Part shown: piece by piece, positions 45,325-56,200 of the stretch
Layout: each line of letters opens with the position of its first letter
How positions within the stretch are numbered: the stretch's first letter is position 1
IMG/VR virus record: IMGVR_UViG_3300017707_000735
Location: 1 to 64,000 of that record
DNA: 64,000 bases
Direction: 5' to 3' (one strand)
Source: a virus
Taxonomy: Duplodnaviria; Caudoviricetes
The notes under the pieces: generated by a model
Databases searched by the model: none
Told to the model about the DNA's origin: nothing
Seen by the model: the letters and a program-made list of their open reading frames with translations, nothing else
Position numbers and translations under genes: made by a program

Positions 45325-48300
45325 ATGGCTGAAAATCAAACACCAGAACCAGAAGATATTTCTGGAGGGGCTCAGATGATTAATCAAGGTAGCACAGACA
45401 TTGATAATTTTTTACCATTTGGTGGAGACAATCCTATGGGTGGCGTAACACCTACCTATAATCCGTCTCCGCTTAGACAAGCTTTTCCTAGAATCAGTAG
45501 TCTTGATAACTCTACTTATCCAGTTAAAGATAATGTAACTGGTTTAGCGCCATTTACTACTAAGCCAAATCAAGCTGCACCAATATCTTTAAATGATAAG
45601 CTTGATGCGCGCTTTGCCCACATGAATAACCAGCTCCGTGGTTTACAAGATAATAATGCATATGCAAAGATTCAAGCTTATGATGCATCTTCAGCCGGAG
45701 CACACAGAGCTAGATATAAAGCCTATGGTCAAGCAACGTTTGACAAGATTGGATTCAACCCTGAGTTAAACAATGAGGAATTATTTAATGCTGGTACAAC
45801 TGGTTTTGATGATTTTGCAAGATGGGCAACTGTATCAGCGTGGCCATTATTCTCAAGAGGTTTCATTGCTAACCCAAAAAGCTACGGTGGATTATTTACC
45901 GGGGACTTTGGACAAGACATAGAAGAAGCTAAAGCATATGAAGAATACAATGCTATTGGTTACTCAAGTAAAGGTGGTATAGGTGCATTTATGACTAATG
46001 CTCTAAACAGCTTTTCCTATACAGCAGGTATCATTGTAGAAGCTATTGCTGAAGAAGCATTAGTAGGTGGTATCATTGGTGCGGCCGGTGGTCCGCAAGG
46101 AGCTGCTGGAGGTACTTTTGTTGGAGGTGCTGTGGGTGCACTCAAAGGATTGGCAGCTGTACCAAAAGCTCTATTCCAAATGGGGAGACAGGGTGCTACA
46201 TTAGCGGCTAACCTTAGAAGACTGGATGAGATGAGTGAAGCAAGAAGACTCTTTAATGATGCTTCTTCTACAGTAGGTAACTTCCTTAACCCATTTGACA
46301 ATACTACAAATGCTGTTACTGCTGGTCTAAACAATGCTAACAACATAACACGTCTAGCAAGATCTGCTAACACCTTTGGCGGTTTCTATAATGACATCAA
46401 GAATGTAAACATGGCCCTTTCTGAGGGTAGACTAGAAGGTGGTTTTGTGGAAAACAATACATACAAAGAACTGTATGATGATTATTATGCTAAGTTTGGT
46501 GTAGCACCTGATGATCAAAAGCAAAGAGAGTTCCGTGATGTAGCCAGAAAAGCTGGAGCTGATGCAACTTTCTACAATACACTATTGATTAACTACTCTA
46601 ACAAGTTGGTTATCCCTAATGTAATGAAGGGTGGTGTACTTAGATCATTATCTGGATACACAGATGATATTGCAGACTTTGGTACACATAGTATTGTACT
46701 TAACCCTAAGAAAGGATTTGAGCTTGTAAGAAACAACTTGGTTACTTCTTTAAAAGCACTTAAGAATCCTGCAACTTACGGTAAAGTATCACTTAATTAC
46801 TTTAAGAGAAACGTAACAGAAGGTATTCAAGAGAATGCTCAGGATGTGATAGCGGATTATCTACAGAGAAGCTACATTGCTGCCTATAATGATCCTGCTA
46901 AGACTAATCATGACTATGCAAAAGCTATCTTGAAGAATGCTGTATGGAAACAATTCAGTGCTCAAGGTCTTGAAACATTTGCTTCAGGGTTTGTAATGGG
47001 TGCGTTTGCAGGACCATTGAATAACATTCCAAAGTATGCAGGTATTGGATACAATAAGTATATCAAGTACCGCGGTGAGTATGATAAGTATGTTACTGAA
47101 AGAGGTGAGTCAGGAAAACAATTGGTTGATACACTTAACCAGATTTACAATGACCCTAAAGAGTTCTTCAAACACAGATACTTTAACTATGGTAACCAGT
47201 CTTTAGCATCTAAGATTGCTGATGATGACAAGACTACTCCAGGAGAGTACATGGACCAAAGAGATGCTGCATTTATTTCTCAAATGCAAACTGTCCTGAG
47301 TACAGGTACAATGAAATACTTCATTGATCAGATTAAGAGCTACCAACAGAGAAGTCCTAAAGATGTAGAGGATGCGCTTGGTCTTGCAGAAGGAGAAGGT
47401 ATGAAAGCCATACAACGTGTAGACACTCTTGTAGCTAGAGCTAAGAGAATGGAAAGAAGATACGACTACTTTAAGAAGAAAGTTGGAAAGAATCCTGTAG
47501 ACCTTAGTTTGTTTGATAAAGACTCTGATGATTATAGAAAGGCAGCTCTTTTGCATAGTGCATGGGAAGTTGGTGTAAACTCTCAGCTATTTATGGGTGA
47601 GTCATTTGACAGAAACCTAGAAAGAATTGCGGGTATAACAGATACATTTGGTCAGATTAGCCAGTTCTCTAATATTCCGAGCTCTGCAGTTATGCCATTG
47701 CTTGACCAACAACGTTTAGCTAATGAGTTTGACTTACTTAAAAGTGAGATATCAGTATTAGAGCAAAGTGGTAAACCTCAGACAGCTGAGTTATCTAAGA
47801 AGAAACAACAACTCGAAGACCTTAGTGATTTTCAAAAGTCTCTTGCTGCAGTACAACTTACAGTTATTCAAAAAGAAGCTATTCAAATACGAAAGCAAGA
47901 GCTGATTGAGCAAGGGATGACACCTAAAGACGCTGCGGTACAAGCTGAACAAAAGTTTGAAGAAGACTTTGATGATCTAGCTAATGAACTGATCAGTGAC
48001 CTAAAGGAAACAGTGACTAAGTACTTACTTAATCTTTCTGGTTCTGAGGTTGAGTATACTAAGTTGATGAATAAACTCCAAGAAGAAGGAGAGATAGAAG
48101 GTATTGACTATGCAATGACTCAGCTAATTGACTTACATAAGTTAACTTATGAGAATCAAGCCTTAGTTAAGTATATCAATGTGCTTCAGGATCCTGTAGA
48201 GTTTGCTATTCATGTGAATAGAAACTTGGAGTGGATGACTGAGATGTATAACAACAAGACTGAGTACTTCAAAGATGTAGTAAATAATACTGTTGAGCAG

Positions 48301-51300
48301 AAAGAATACAATGACTTACTACAAGCATTAGCTGATAAAGGTATCTATGTAGACCTAGAAGAGTTTGCTGATTGGATTGAAGATAAAGAGAAGTTACCTT
48401 CACAGTTTGAAGATGCTGTTAATAAGCGTGTCATCAAAAAGGGTAGCATTCTATATGATGAGTATGCTAAAATGTTCCAGCAAATAGCTGACATGCAGTT
48501 AAAGAAACCTGCTGGAGAAAAACTAGATGTAGACGGACAGCTTAAAGCTGAGATTGAAAAAGCAGAGGAAGCAAAAGCAGCTAAGCTAGCTAAAGCTAAG
48601 AATGACTATGATGAGAAGTTAAAAGAAGCTATTGGTTATACAGAAGAAGAATACGCAGCACGTGTAAAAGAAACTACTTCTGAACTTACGCCTGAACAAA
48701 AAGAAAGGTTAGATGATCTCACTGCATTAAAAGAACGTGTAGATAATACTATAGTAAATTCAGATGAAGACATAGAAGCTATGCTAGCAATATCTAAAGA
48801 CTTTAAGAGTCTTGATCTTCTAGAATTGTATACTATGCAACTACTTGCTCTTAGTAAAGACAGAGCAGGTAAGAAAAAAGCTAAAGAATTTAATAGTGAA
48901 ACGTCAGAAGAATTTTTTAAAGAAAAGGTTTCTGACCCAGAAGAGAAGAATGATTTCTATGCAGCCTATTATGGGCGTTATGTAGCAAGTACTCTTCTAG
49001 AAAAAGAGATTAAAAAACTTGAAGATCTAGCTGGTGAAACAGAAGAAGATACTGCAGAAGAAATAGTAATCAAAGAACAGCCTGCTTACATTGAGTATCA
49101 AGAGATTGTAGCTAAGATTAATGAAGAGTATGAAAAGATCTTTGCTGAGATTATTGAACGTTATAAAGAGAAAGGTTCAAAGGTAACATCTGTGGATGAT
49201 GCTAAAGCTGTACCTGCTAAGTCTACCATTACAGTAGACACACCATGGAATGAATTACCAAAGGATCTTCAGAAATTACTACAGCCTAAGTTTAATGAGT
49301 ATACTAAGAAAAGAAAGTATGCTAAAGAAGATGCTGCTACTAAAGCTAAGATCAGAGAAAACTGGTTAAAGACTCCGGAAGCGCAAGAGATAGTTAAAGA
49401 TTATCTGAATGCACAGATTGGTACGGAAGAAGAAGTAGAAGTGCTTCTTGAAGAACCACCAACATTGTTGTTTGAAAAGAAAACTCCATTAGAGTTGTCT
49501 CAAGCAAGCTTTCAGGAATTACAAACACTTATTGATTCTCTTCAAAAAACTGTTAACACTAAACAAAAATTTGACAAAAGAACCAAGAAGTATGTCTCTG
49601 CAACTGCAAAAGAGCTTAATAATGCAAAGGAAGATTTAAAAAATCTTAAGGCTTATATTGCATTTAGAAGATCAATCACTCCGGTTAAACCAGAGGCAGA
49701 ACGTGTAGCGGCAGTACTTAAGCGTAATATTCTTGATAGACAAGGTGAAGTTACAATAGATAGAGATTCTGAAGGTGAAACAATTGGTAGAAGAATTGAG
49801 GGTGTAGAGTATGAAGATGGAGAGTATGCAGCACGTGTAACACAAGAAGTGGAAGATGTATTGCAAGATATTAATCCTGACTATGAGCCTTATCTATACT
49901 CAGGTTTAAAACCAAAAGTCAATGCTCAAACAGGAAAAGTTCAACCAAGTACAATTGATACTGTGCTTATTGAATTAGATGCTTATGTTACTTCTGGTAA
50001 AAAGGATAAGACACTAGACGAAAAAGTTACAAAACTTACAGATCTATTGTCTACCTATTTTAAACGAGGATTGCTTAAAAGATTTGGTACTGAAAAGAAA
50101 TTAAAGCTTGTACGAGAAAGATTTATACTGAATGGCAAAGCAACCGGTTTAGAATTTACTGATGATAATATCAAGAAAGTTATTCAAGAGTATGCTGACT
50201 GGGGCAGCTCCTTTGCAGGAACAACAGTAGATAGATTAGGACGTGACTTCTTTATGGATAAGAAGCTCACTAAGCCTGATAACATGTCACCTGAAGCATT
50301 CAAGTCTTTATTAGAAATACTTAACCGTTTTGCTAACCAGATCCGGGACAGAAATATGGTTGTGATTTCTGAGAACATGCTTGTCTTTGATAAAGATTAC
50401 AAAGGTAAAAATGGAGATAAGAAAGGTATAGTAGGTGAGATGGACTTACTTGGCTTCAGAGAAGATGGTAGCTTTATCATTATTGATATGAAGACCGGTA
50501 CTTCAGCACGTTGGGAGAACTTTAATCCTCCGGCAGATATTAATGTTGACTTGCTTAAAAAAGCCAGCTTTGGTAAAAAACCAATTCTAATCAATGAGTC
50601 AATCATTAACTGGAAGAAAACAGGTTTTGAAAGCATTGATGAAGTAACAGATAGAGTTGGAGAAATTGATGCCATTGTTCTTAAAGAAACCTATGGTGAA
50701 GATAAAAGAGGAAATGTTACCGGTTTAGTAGAAATTGAAGGAGATGGTGGAACTATTGATGTAGAAGTTACATTCAATACTGATAAGTATACAGCTAAAG
50801 GTACTCCTGATAAGTATAGCAAAAGACCTAACTATAGTGTTCAACAGACATTCTATAGAAATAGCTTCTTTAATATGTCAGGTGAAATGCCTGATGGTAT
50901 ATTCTTATTGGGCTTTGAAATTGAAGCTGATGAAGATGGTTACATCAAGTCACTTAAGTTGCCAGAAATTGCAGATGAAAAAACAATGCTTATTGAGCTT
51001 GAGCCAGTAGAAGAAGTAAACAACTATTTGCCTCTTAAGACTGCTGCTCCTCAAGAAGGTGGAGGTGAAACAAAGAAAGGTAGAAAGAAAAAGAAAGCTC
51101 CAACCAATCAATCAGACATAGAGACTAAGAAAGCTGATGTAGAAAAAAGGAGAAAAGAAGCGTTGAAAGGTAGTGAGATTAATTTTGAACCCCTCACGAG
51201 TACAGTTGATGGTAGTTGGAATAAAGCCAAACCCATTAATGATGAATTAGAAAATAGATTCAGAAACTCTTTAGAAGAAGGTGATAAAATAATTACTGGC

Positions 51301-53220
51301 AATAATGAAACTATTTTTTTTAGAAATGGTAAAATTGTAAAAAAAGATGGTAAAGATTATGGATTCTCAGATATTCCTGTTACAGCTATTTTAATGAGGG
51401 GAGCAAAGATAGATAGAACAGATAAAATCAATGCTAAATACGATGCAGAACTAGCTGCTTTAAGTGAAGAACAAGAAGAAGAGCCAAGTGAAGTTATAGA
51501 ATACAAACCTAAATCACCATTCCTAAAAGACAATGTAGGTAAACAGATCCTATTCAATGGTAGACTTGGTACGCTGGTATCATTCCCACATGACTATGGT
51601 GACTATGGTTTAGAGACAGAAGATGCAGTATACTCTATTCAAGGAGATGCAGAACAAACTCTAAGTGAAGCCGGGGTATCTACTGTAAGAGTTAATGGTA
51701 AAGATGTCTTTGGTGATCCTGTTGTAGCTGGAGAGATCTATGAGATTGAGTTTACTGATGAGTCTGAGACAAATGCTGTGATCAACGGTGTGGAATATAC
51801 AGTTGAAAGAAATGCTAAAGGTGGTGTTAAGTCTGTAAGATACAGAAAGAATGACAAGGCTATCAGTGATATATCAATTCAGATAAATGAACTTAAAGCT
51901 AAAGCTGCGGACTTAATAAAACAATATGACACTCTTTCAAAGAAAGATCCAGAGAATATTACTTTGGCTCCTTTGTTTGTCAATATAATGAGTACTGAGA
52001 ATAAGGTTGAACTTTTGGAAAGCAGGAGAGATGTTCTTATTGATGATAACATAGAAGTAATAAGTAGAGATAAGAATATTATTCAAGCTCTTCAAAGTTT
52101 ATCTAGTACTTTCAAGAACTCAAAAGGTAAAGATGAAGAGAAGGATGATCTTGAAAGTATAAAGAACAAGGCAGTCAACTCAGGCGCTATTGAAGCTATG
52201 GCAAATATAATGGATGAGGGATACCCTGAGAAGTTTGATATGCTAATAACTAACCCTGCATCACTCACAAAAATAGACATAATTAGATTCAGAGCATATC
52301 TTGAGAAGTGTCAAGATGCCTTTGAAGAGTTAAGAGTAAGAGAAGCTGCCGCATCAAAACTTACAACAGATATAGAAAAAGGTATTGCCCAATTGGGAAT
52401 TTTGTTAAATTATATTAAGAACCTAGAGTATACTCAGAATGGAAAAGTTAAAGCAAAGCAGTCAGCAGAAACCCAAGGACTCAGACAACAGCTACAAGAA
52501 GATGAAAATCAATCTGTTGTTCAGGACACTATCGGAAGACAACCAGGAGAAGTTCCTGCAGGAAAAGCTCCACGGGGAAGAAAAGCCAAAAACACAACGG
52601 AGCTAAAGAATTCCCTGAAAGCAGGCTTGGCTGGTAAGAGTCTTGAAGAGTTAAACCAAGAACTTGATGAAGAGAATGAAGGTGTCAGCATTGATGACAT
52701 AAGGGATGCCTTTGAGAATGCTACTAGAGAGACTTTAGATGAGCTTTACAAGTTTTACATGAGCGAGATCCAAGAAGGAAACATTCAGATTGGTGATCCT
52801 AATCTTATTACAGAAATGTATAAAAGACGTGATCTAGAGTTAGGTACTAAAGTGGATAAAAATTCTATTGAAGTGGGTACTAAACTTGCCCGCAAAAATG
52901 GTAAATTTACAGAGGTTGTGCAGGTAACAAACATAGTTGAGGACGAGTACACCATACTACCAGTAGGAGGTGAAGAAAGGGTTGTAAGCTTGAAAACACT
53001 TCAGAAATATAAAATTGTTAGTGATATGACAGACGAGGAAGAAGACGTTGAAACTTTTACAGATGAAACTGAAGAGTCAGCACAAGAAACACCAGAAACA
53101 ATTACTGATGCACTTAAAAATGAGGCTGTGATAAATGATGCCATTGAGAAAACTAGTAAAATGACTAGAGCAGAACGCAGAGCTCAGATGGCAGAGGAAA
53201 ATAAAAACTGTAAATTATAA
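45325..53220 (+). CDS. Giant cargo protein (2631 aa) with Gly-rich membrane segment and PD-(D/E)XK nuclease-like domain
   Basis: LVGGIIGAAGGPQGAAGGTFVGGAVGAL near 46060-46150; GEMD...IIIDMKT at 50434-50496; YSVQQTFY at 50833-50856. Confidence 0.75.
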   Translation: MAENQTPEPEDISGGAQMINQGSTDIDNFLPFGGDNPMGGVTPTYNPSPLRQAFPRISSLDNSTYPVKDNVTGLAPFTTKPNQAAPISLNDKLDARFAHMNNQLRGLQDNNAYAKIQAYDASSAGAHRARYKAYGQATFDKIGFNPELNNEELFNAGTTGFDDFARWATVSAWPLFSRGFIANPKSYGGLFTGDFGQDIEEAKAYEEYNAIGYSSKGGIGAFMTNALNSFSYTAGIIVEAIAEEALVGGIIGAAGGPQGAAGGTFVGGAVGALKGLAAVPKALFQMGRQGATLAANLRRLDEMSEARRLFNDASSTVGNFLNPFDNTTNAVTAGLNNANNITRLARSANTFGGFYNDIKNVNMALSEGRLEGGFVENNTYKELYDDYYAKFGVAPDDQKQREFRDVARKAGADATFYNTLLINYSNKLVIPNVMKGGVLRSLSGYTDDIADFGTHSIVLNPKKGFELVRNNLVTSLKALKNPATYGKVSLNYFKRNVTEGIQENAQDVIADYLQRSYIAAYNDPAKTNHDYAKAILKNAVWKQFSAQGLETFASGFVMGAFAGPLNNIPKYAGIGYNKYIKYRGEYDKYVTERGESGKQLVDTLNQIYNDPKEFFKHRYFNYGNQSLASKIADDDKTTPGEYMDQRDAAFISQMQTVLSTGTMKYFIDQIKSYQQRSPKDVEDALGLAEGEGMKAIQRVDTLVARAKRMERRYDYFKKKVGKNPVDLSLFDKDSDDYRKAALLHSAWEVGVNSQLFMGESFDRNLERIAGITDTFGQISQFSNIPSSAVMPLLDQQRLANEFDLLKSEISVLEQSGKPQTAELSKKKQQLEDLSDFQKSLAAVQLTVIQKEAIQIRKQELIEQGMTPKDAAVQAEQKFEEDFDDLANELISDLKETVTKYLLNLSGSEVEYTKLMNKLQEEGEIEGIDYAMTQLIDLHKLTYENQALVKYINVLQDPVEFAIHVNRNLEWMTEMYNNKTEYFKDVVNNTVEQKEYNDLLQALADKGIYVDLEEFADWIEDKEKLPSQFEDAVNKRVIKKGSILYDEYAKMFQQIADMQLKKPAGEKLDVDGQLKAEIEKAEEAKAAKLAKAKNDYDEKLKEAIGYTEEEYAARVKETTSELTPEQKERLDDLTALKERVDNTIVNSDEDIEAMLAISKDFKSLDLLELYTMQLLALSKDRAGKKKAKEFNSETSEEFFKEKVSDPEEKNDFYAAYYGRYVASTLLEKEIKKLEDLAGETEEDTAEEIVIKEQPAYIEYQEIVAKINEEYEKIFAEIIERYKEKGSKVTSVDDAKAVPAKSTITVDTPWNELPKDLQKLLQPKFNEYTKKRKYAKEDAATKAKIRENWLKTPEAQEIVKDYLNAQIGTEEEVEVLLEEPPTLLFEKKTPLELSQASFQELQTLIDSLQKTVNTKQKFDKRTKKYVSATAKELNNAKEDLKNLKAYIAFRRSITPVKPEAERVAAVLKRNILDRQGEVTIDRDSEGETIGRRIEGVEYEDGEYAARVTQEVEDVLQDINPDYEPYLYSGLKPKVNAQTGKVQPSTIDTVLIELDAYVTSGKKDKTLDEKVTKLTDLLSTYFKRGLLKRFGTEKKLKLVRERFILNGKATGLEFTDDNIKKVIQEYADWGSSFAGTTVDRLGRDFFMDKKLTKPDNMSPEAFKSLLEILNRFANQIRDRNMVVISENMLVFDKDYKGKNGDKKGIVGEMDLLGFREDGSFIIIDMKTGTSARWENFNPPADINVDLLKKASFGKKPILINESIINWKKTGFESIDEVTDRVGEIDAIVLKETYGEDKRGNVTGLVEIEGDGGTIDVEVTFNTDKYTAKGTPDKYSKRPNYSVQQTFYRNSFFNMSGEMPDGIFLLGFEIEADEDGYIKSLKLPEIADEKTMLIELEPVEEVNNYLPLKTAAPQEGGGETKKGRKKKKAPTNQSDIETKKADVEKRRKEALKGSEINFEPLTSTVDGSWNKAKPINDELENRFRNSLEEGDKIITGNNETIFFRNGKIVKKDGKDYGFSDIPVTAILMRGAKIDRTDKINAKYDAELAALSEEQEEEPSEVIEYKPKSPFLKDNVGKQILFNGRLGTLVSFPHDYGDYGLETEDAVYSIQGDAEQTLSEAGVSTVRVNGKDVFGDPVVAGEIYEIEFTDESETNAVINGVEYTVERNAKGGVKSVRYRKNDKAISDISIQINELKAKAADLIKQYDTLSKKDPENITLAPLFVNIMSTENKVELLESRRDVLIDDNIEVISRDKNIIQALQSLSSTFKNSKGKDEEKDDLESIKNKAVNSGAIEAMANIMDEGYPEKFDMLITNPASLTKIDIIRFRAYLEKCQDAFEELRVREAAASKLTTDIEKGIAQLGILLNYIKNLEYTQNGKVKAKQSAETQGLRQQLQEDENQSVVQDTIGRQPGEVPAGKAPRGRKAKNTTELKNSLKAGLAGKSLEELNQELDEENEGVSIDDIRDAFENATRETLDELYKFYMSEIQEGNIQIGDPNLITEMYKRRDLELGTKVDKNSIEVGTKLARKNGKFTEVVQVTNIVEDEYTILPVGGEERVVSLKTLQKYKIVSDMTDEEEDVETFTDETEESAQETPETITDALKNEAVINDAIEKTSKMTRAERRAQMAEENKNCKL

Positions 53221-53231
53221 AAGTTCTTAAG

Positions 53232-56200
53232 ATGGCTTGTAAAATAACTGAACAGCAGGTAATTCATATATATACTGATATCTATGAGGAATTAAAAGTA
53301 GGAATGGACAACCCGTCTGTTCCTGTTTTTGATATTAATTCATACATGAAGGACCTTTATGATGATTTAGTAGATGCCGCTGACCCAGATTCAGTACAGA
53401 AGACAATGCTTACAATACAAGCTGTTCCTGAGATTTATCAAAAGGTAGCCTTAAGATCAGATGTTAAAGCTTACATACTTAGTAAACCTAAGTTGAAGAA
53501 CTCTTTTATGGATGTTATGCAGATGTCTCAAGACTTTGCTGACCTAAATAATGTTGCTCAGTTTTTAAAAAAAGCTAAGGTATCTAAGAAGTATGTTGAT
53601 GCTGCTGTGCGTGTGTCAAATATGGCTAAAGGCCGTATGCAGATTATCAATGATGTTAACATGATTCTCAAAGAAGTGTTGATGCGAAGTGAGGCTACAG
53701 GTAGAATGAAGCCAATATCTGCATGGACACTGACTGGTCAAGAGTATATGCCCATTAATCCAGAGGGTGCTACTGATGAACAAAGAAATGCAATTATTGA
53801 TGAGTCACAAATTCTTACATATAAAGTAATCCGTGAAATAGTTAATAATGCTAAAAAGGCTACAGAAGAAGAGCAGGTTACATACCGTGGTATTCCTGTA
53901 GTTATTCAAGCAATGCGTAGCTCTGACATTGATATCAAATTCTTTGATGATTCTACTAGAGCAAAGTATGCTGAGAACAGAATTATAAACAGCGTACCTT
54001 TTAGAAAACTGCATGCAGAAGGTGTATCAGCTGTAATTTCAGATACAGATGGTAACGTTCTTTACTTTGATGAAGAGGGAAATATAGCTGATGAAGAATC
54101 TGGAAGACCGGTAATTCAAGGCTTTAGAAAAACGGCTATTAAAAATGGTAAACTTACTCTTAGTAACAATGCCAACTTTGCTACTGTATTAGTATCCCCA
54201 AAAGAGATAGCGGACAGACAACAAAGGGAAGCCTTAGCAATGGGTATTGATTTCACTGCTTCTCACTATGATTATATTGTAAAAAGAGAAACTGAAAGAA
54301 TTGAAAAAGAAGTAAATGATCTACATCTACTTAGAGAAAAGGTTTTAAGTGAGGAGAATGCAGGTGTACTATTACCTATCACAGGGGGTACGTTTGGTAT
54401 TGTAGGAGAGAAGTTTGTACCACTGTATACTACTAGTATTAAATCAGAAGACATTGCTGAGATACAAACTGAAAACATTAAAGAAGAAGGTGGGTATGCT
54501 TACTTTACTTTGAAAAGTGATCCGGATGCAGGGCGTATTTATATGCAGCGTGCTAATATGCCTGAAGATCTTATTGATAGAATTGTAGATGTACTTAGTA
54601 CAGATGCTAAGTTTAAAGGTGGTAAAACACTTACTGCAAAACAAAGAGTAGACTTTGCAAAAATCTTTTTAGGACCTTCTCCAAAATTACAAAACTATAG
54701 AACAACACCTATTTACATTAAGACTGTTGAGATAGACGGTGTTGAAGAGCTAATGGTATTGGTTAATGGTATTCCATTAGACATGGAAAGTGAAGATGAG
54801 ATAGAATTTTTAAGAGACCAGCTTAAAAATCAAATTGTAGGGAAAGAAAAAACTTTCAGTGCTCCATTAAACTACTCATCTGATTATACAAACAAGACTT
54901 TTATTGATTATAGAATTGAAGGTGACAAGATAATAGCGGAAGAGGTTGACTATTTTGATTTCATCAAACCCTTTATCAATGTACTTTATACAGAAGAGTC
55001 TGCTCCATTTGTACCTGCCCGCAATGCTTATTTGAGTTATGCAATCCCAACAGAAGTACTAGGTGACTTTGAATTAGAAAAAGAGGAAGAAGCTCCTACT
55101 AAAAAAGAAACCAAAAAAGAAGAAGAGGAAGCTGAAGCTGGTACAGAAGACATTGGTAAAATCAATTTCTCACAACATACTGTAGCTGGATATGCTCCAG
55201 TAAAACAAGAAGTGATTAAGAAGGCTGATCTTGTGTTAGCTTTCAATCCTAGATTTACATCAGCATCTTCTATAGTTACAGCGAATGCAGTAGATAGAGC
55301 TGGTAAAGATTATTTCCCACAACCTTTTGCAAAAAGTGGGGGTAAACTAGAATTGAAACAGGCTGCGATCAATGCTATTGTAACTCAAATCAATGCAGCT
55401 CCAGGTGGAGTGATTACTATTACAGGTGATGATATCACAGAGCTAAAAGGATACTCTCAGGACGTATTGAACAACTTTATGTATAATACACTTAAAGCTG
55501 TTGTAGAGTCAGACAAACTTAAGATAGATATCACTAATATCATTACCACAGGTCAAACAGGTATTGAGCAAGCAGCAACTATAGCGGCAGCAAGACTAGG
55601 TCTAGAAGTTACTGTGATTGCACCTAAAGGCTGGCAGTTTAAAGAATATGTAAAAGCACCAGCTAATACTAAATTTCAAAAGGGTACATTTAATAAAAGA
55701 GCTGACAAGCGTTCACCTGAGACTAAGTTCAAAGCAAGGTTCAAGGTAAACAAACGTACTGCAAAAGCTGCAACTACTACAAAGAAAACAGCTGCTGAAC
55801 AAAAAGCAGCAGATCAGGAAGTCTTAAATCAACCAACATCAGGTAGATTCAACATGGGTAAATTTAAAAGATCCATGAGTGTTGGGACTTTCTTTGATAA
55901 ATACTTTATTACAGAAGCAGATAAGAAAAGAGCTGATAACTGGTGGAGTAACTCTCCTTTGTCTACAGCTAAAGATGCTGATGGTAATTTGCTTATACCA
56001 GTTACTGTAATTACTGAGATACTTAACTCTGATGCATTTGCAACTTGGTCACGTGCAGGTATTACGCTTAATCAAGCAGATGGTGGTACATCTGTAGACC
56101 TTTACCATGAAGCATGGCATGCATTCTCTCAGTTGTACTTAAGTATAGATGAGAAGACTGCTTTGTATGAAGCAATGAGAAAGTCTCCTAAGTGGGCTGA

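Noticed and set aside
53211-53227. TAAATTA-TAA-AAGTTCT as a further palindrome copy before the RNAP gene
   Set aside because: Three mismatches to the consensus and only 4 nt from the ATG, unlike the 45-74 nt spacing of the others.
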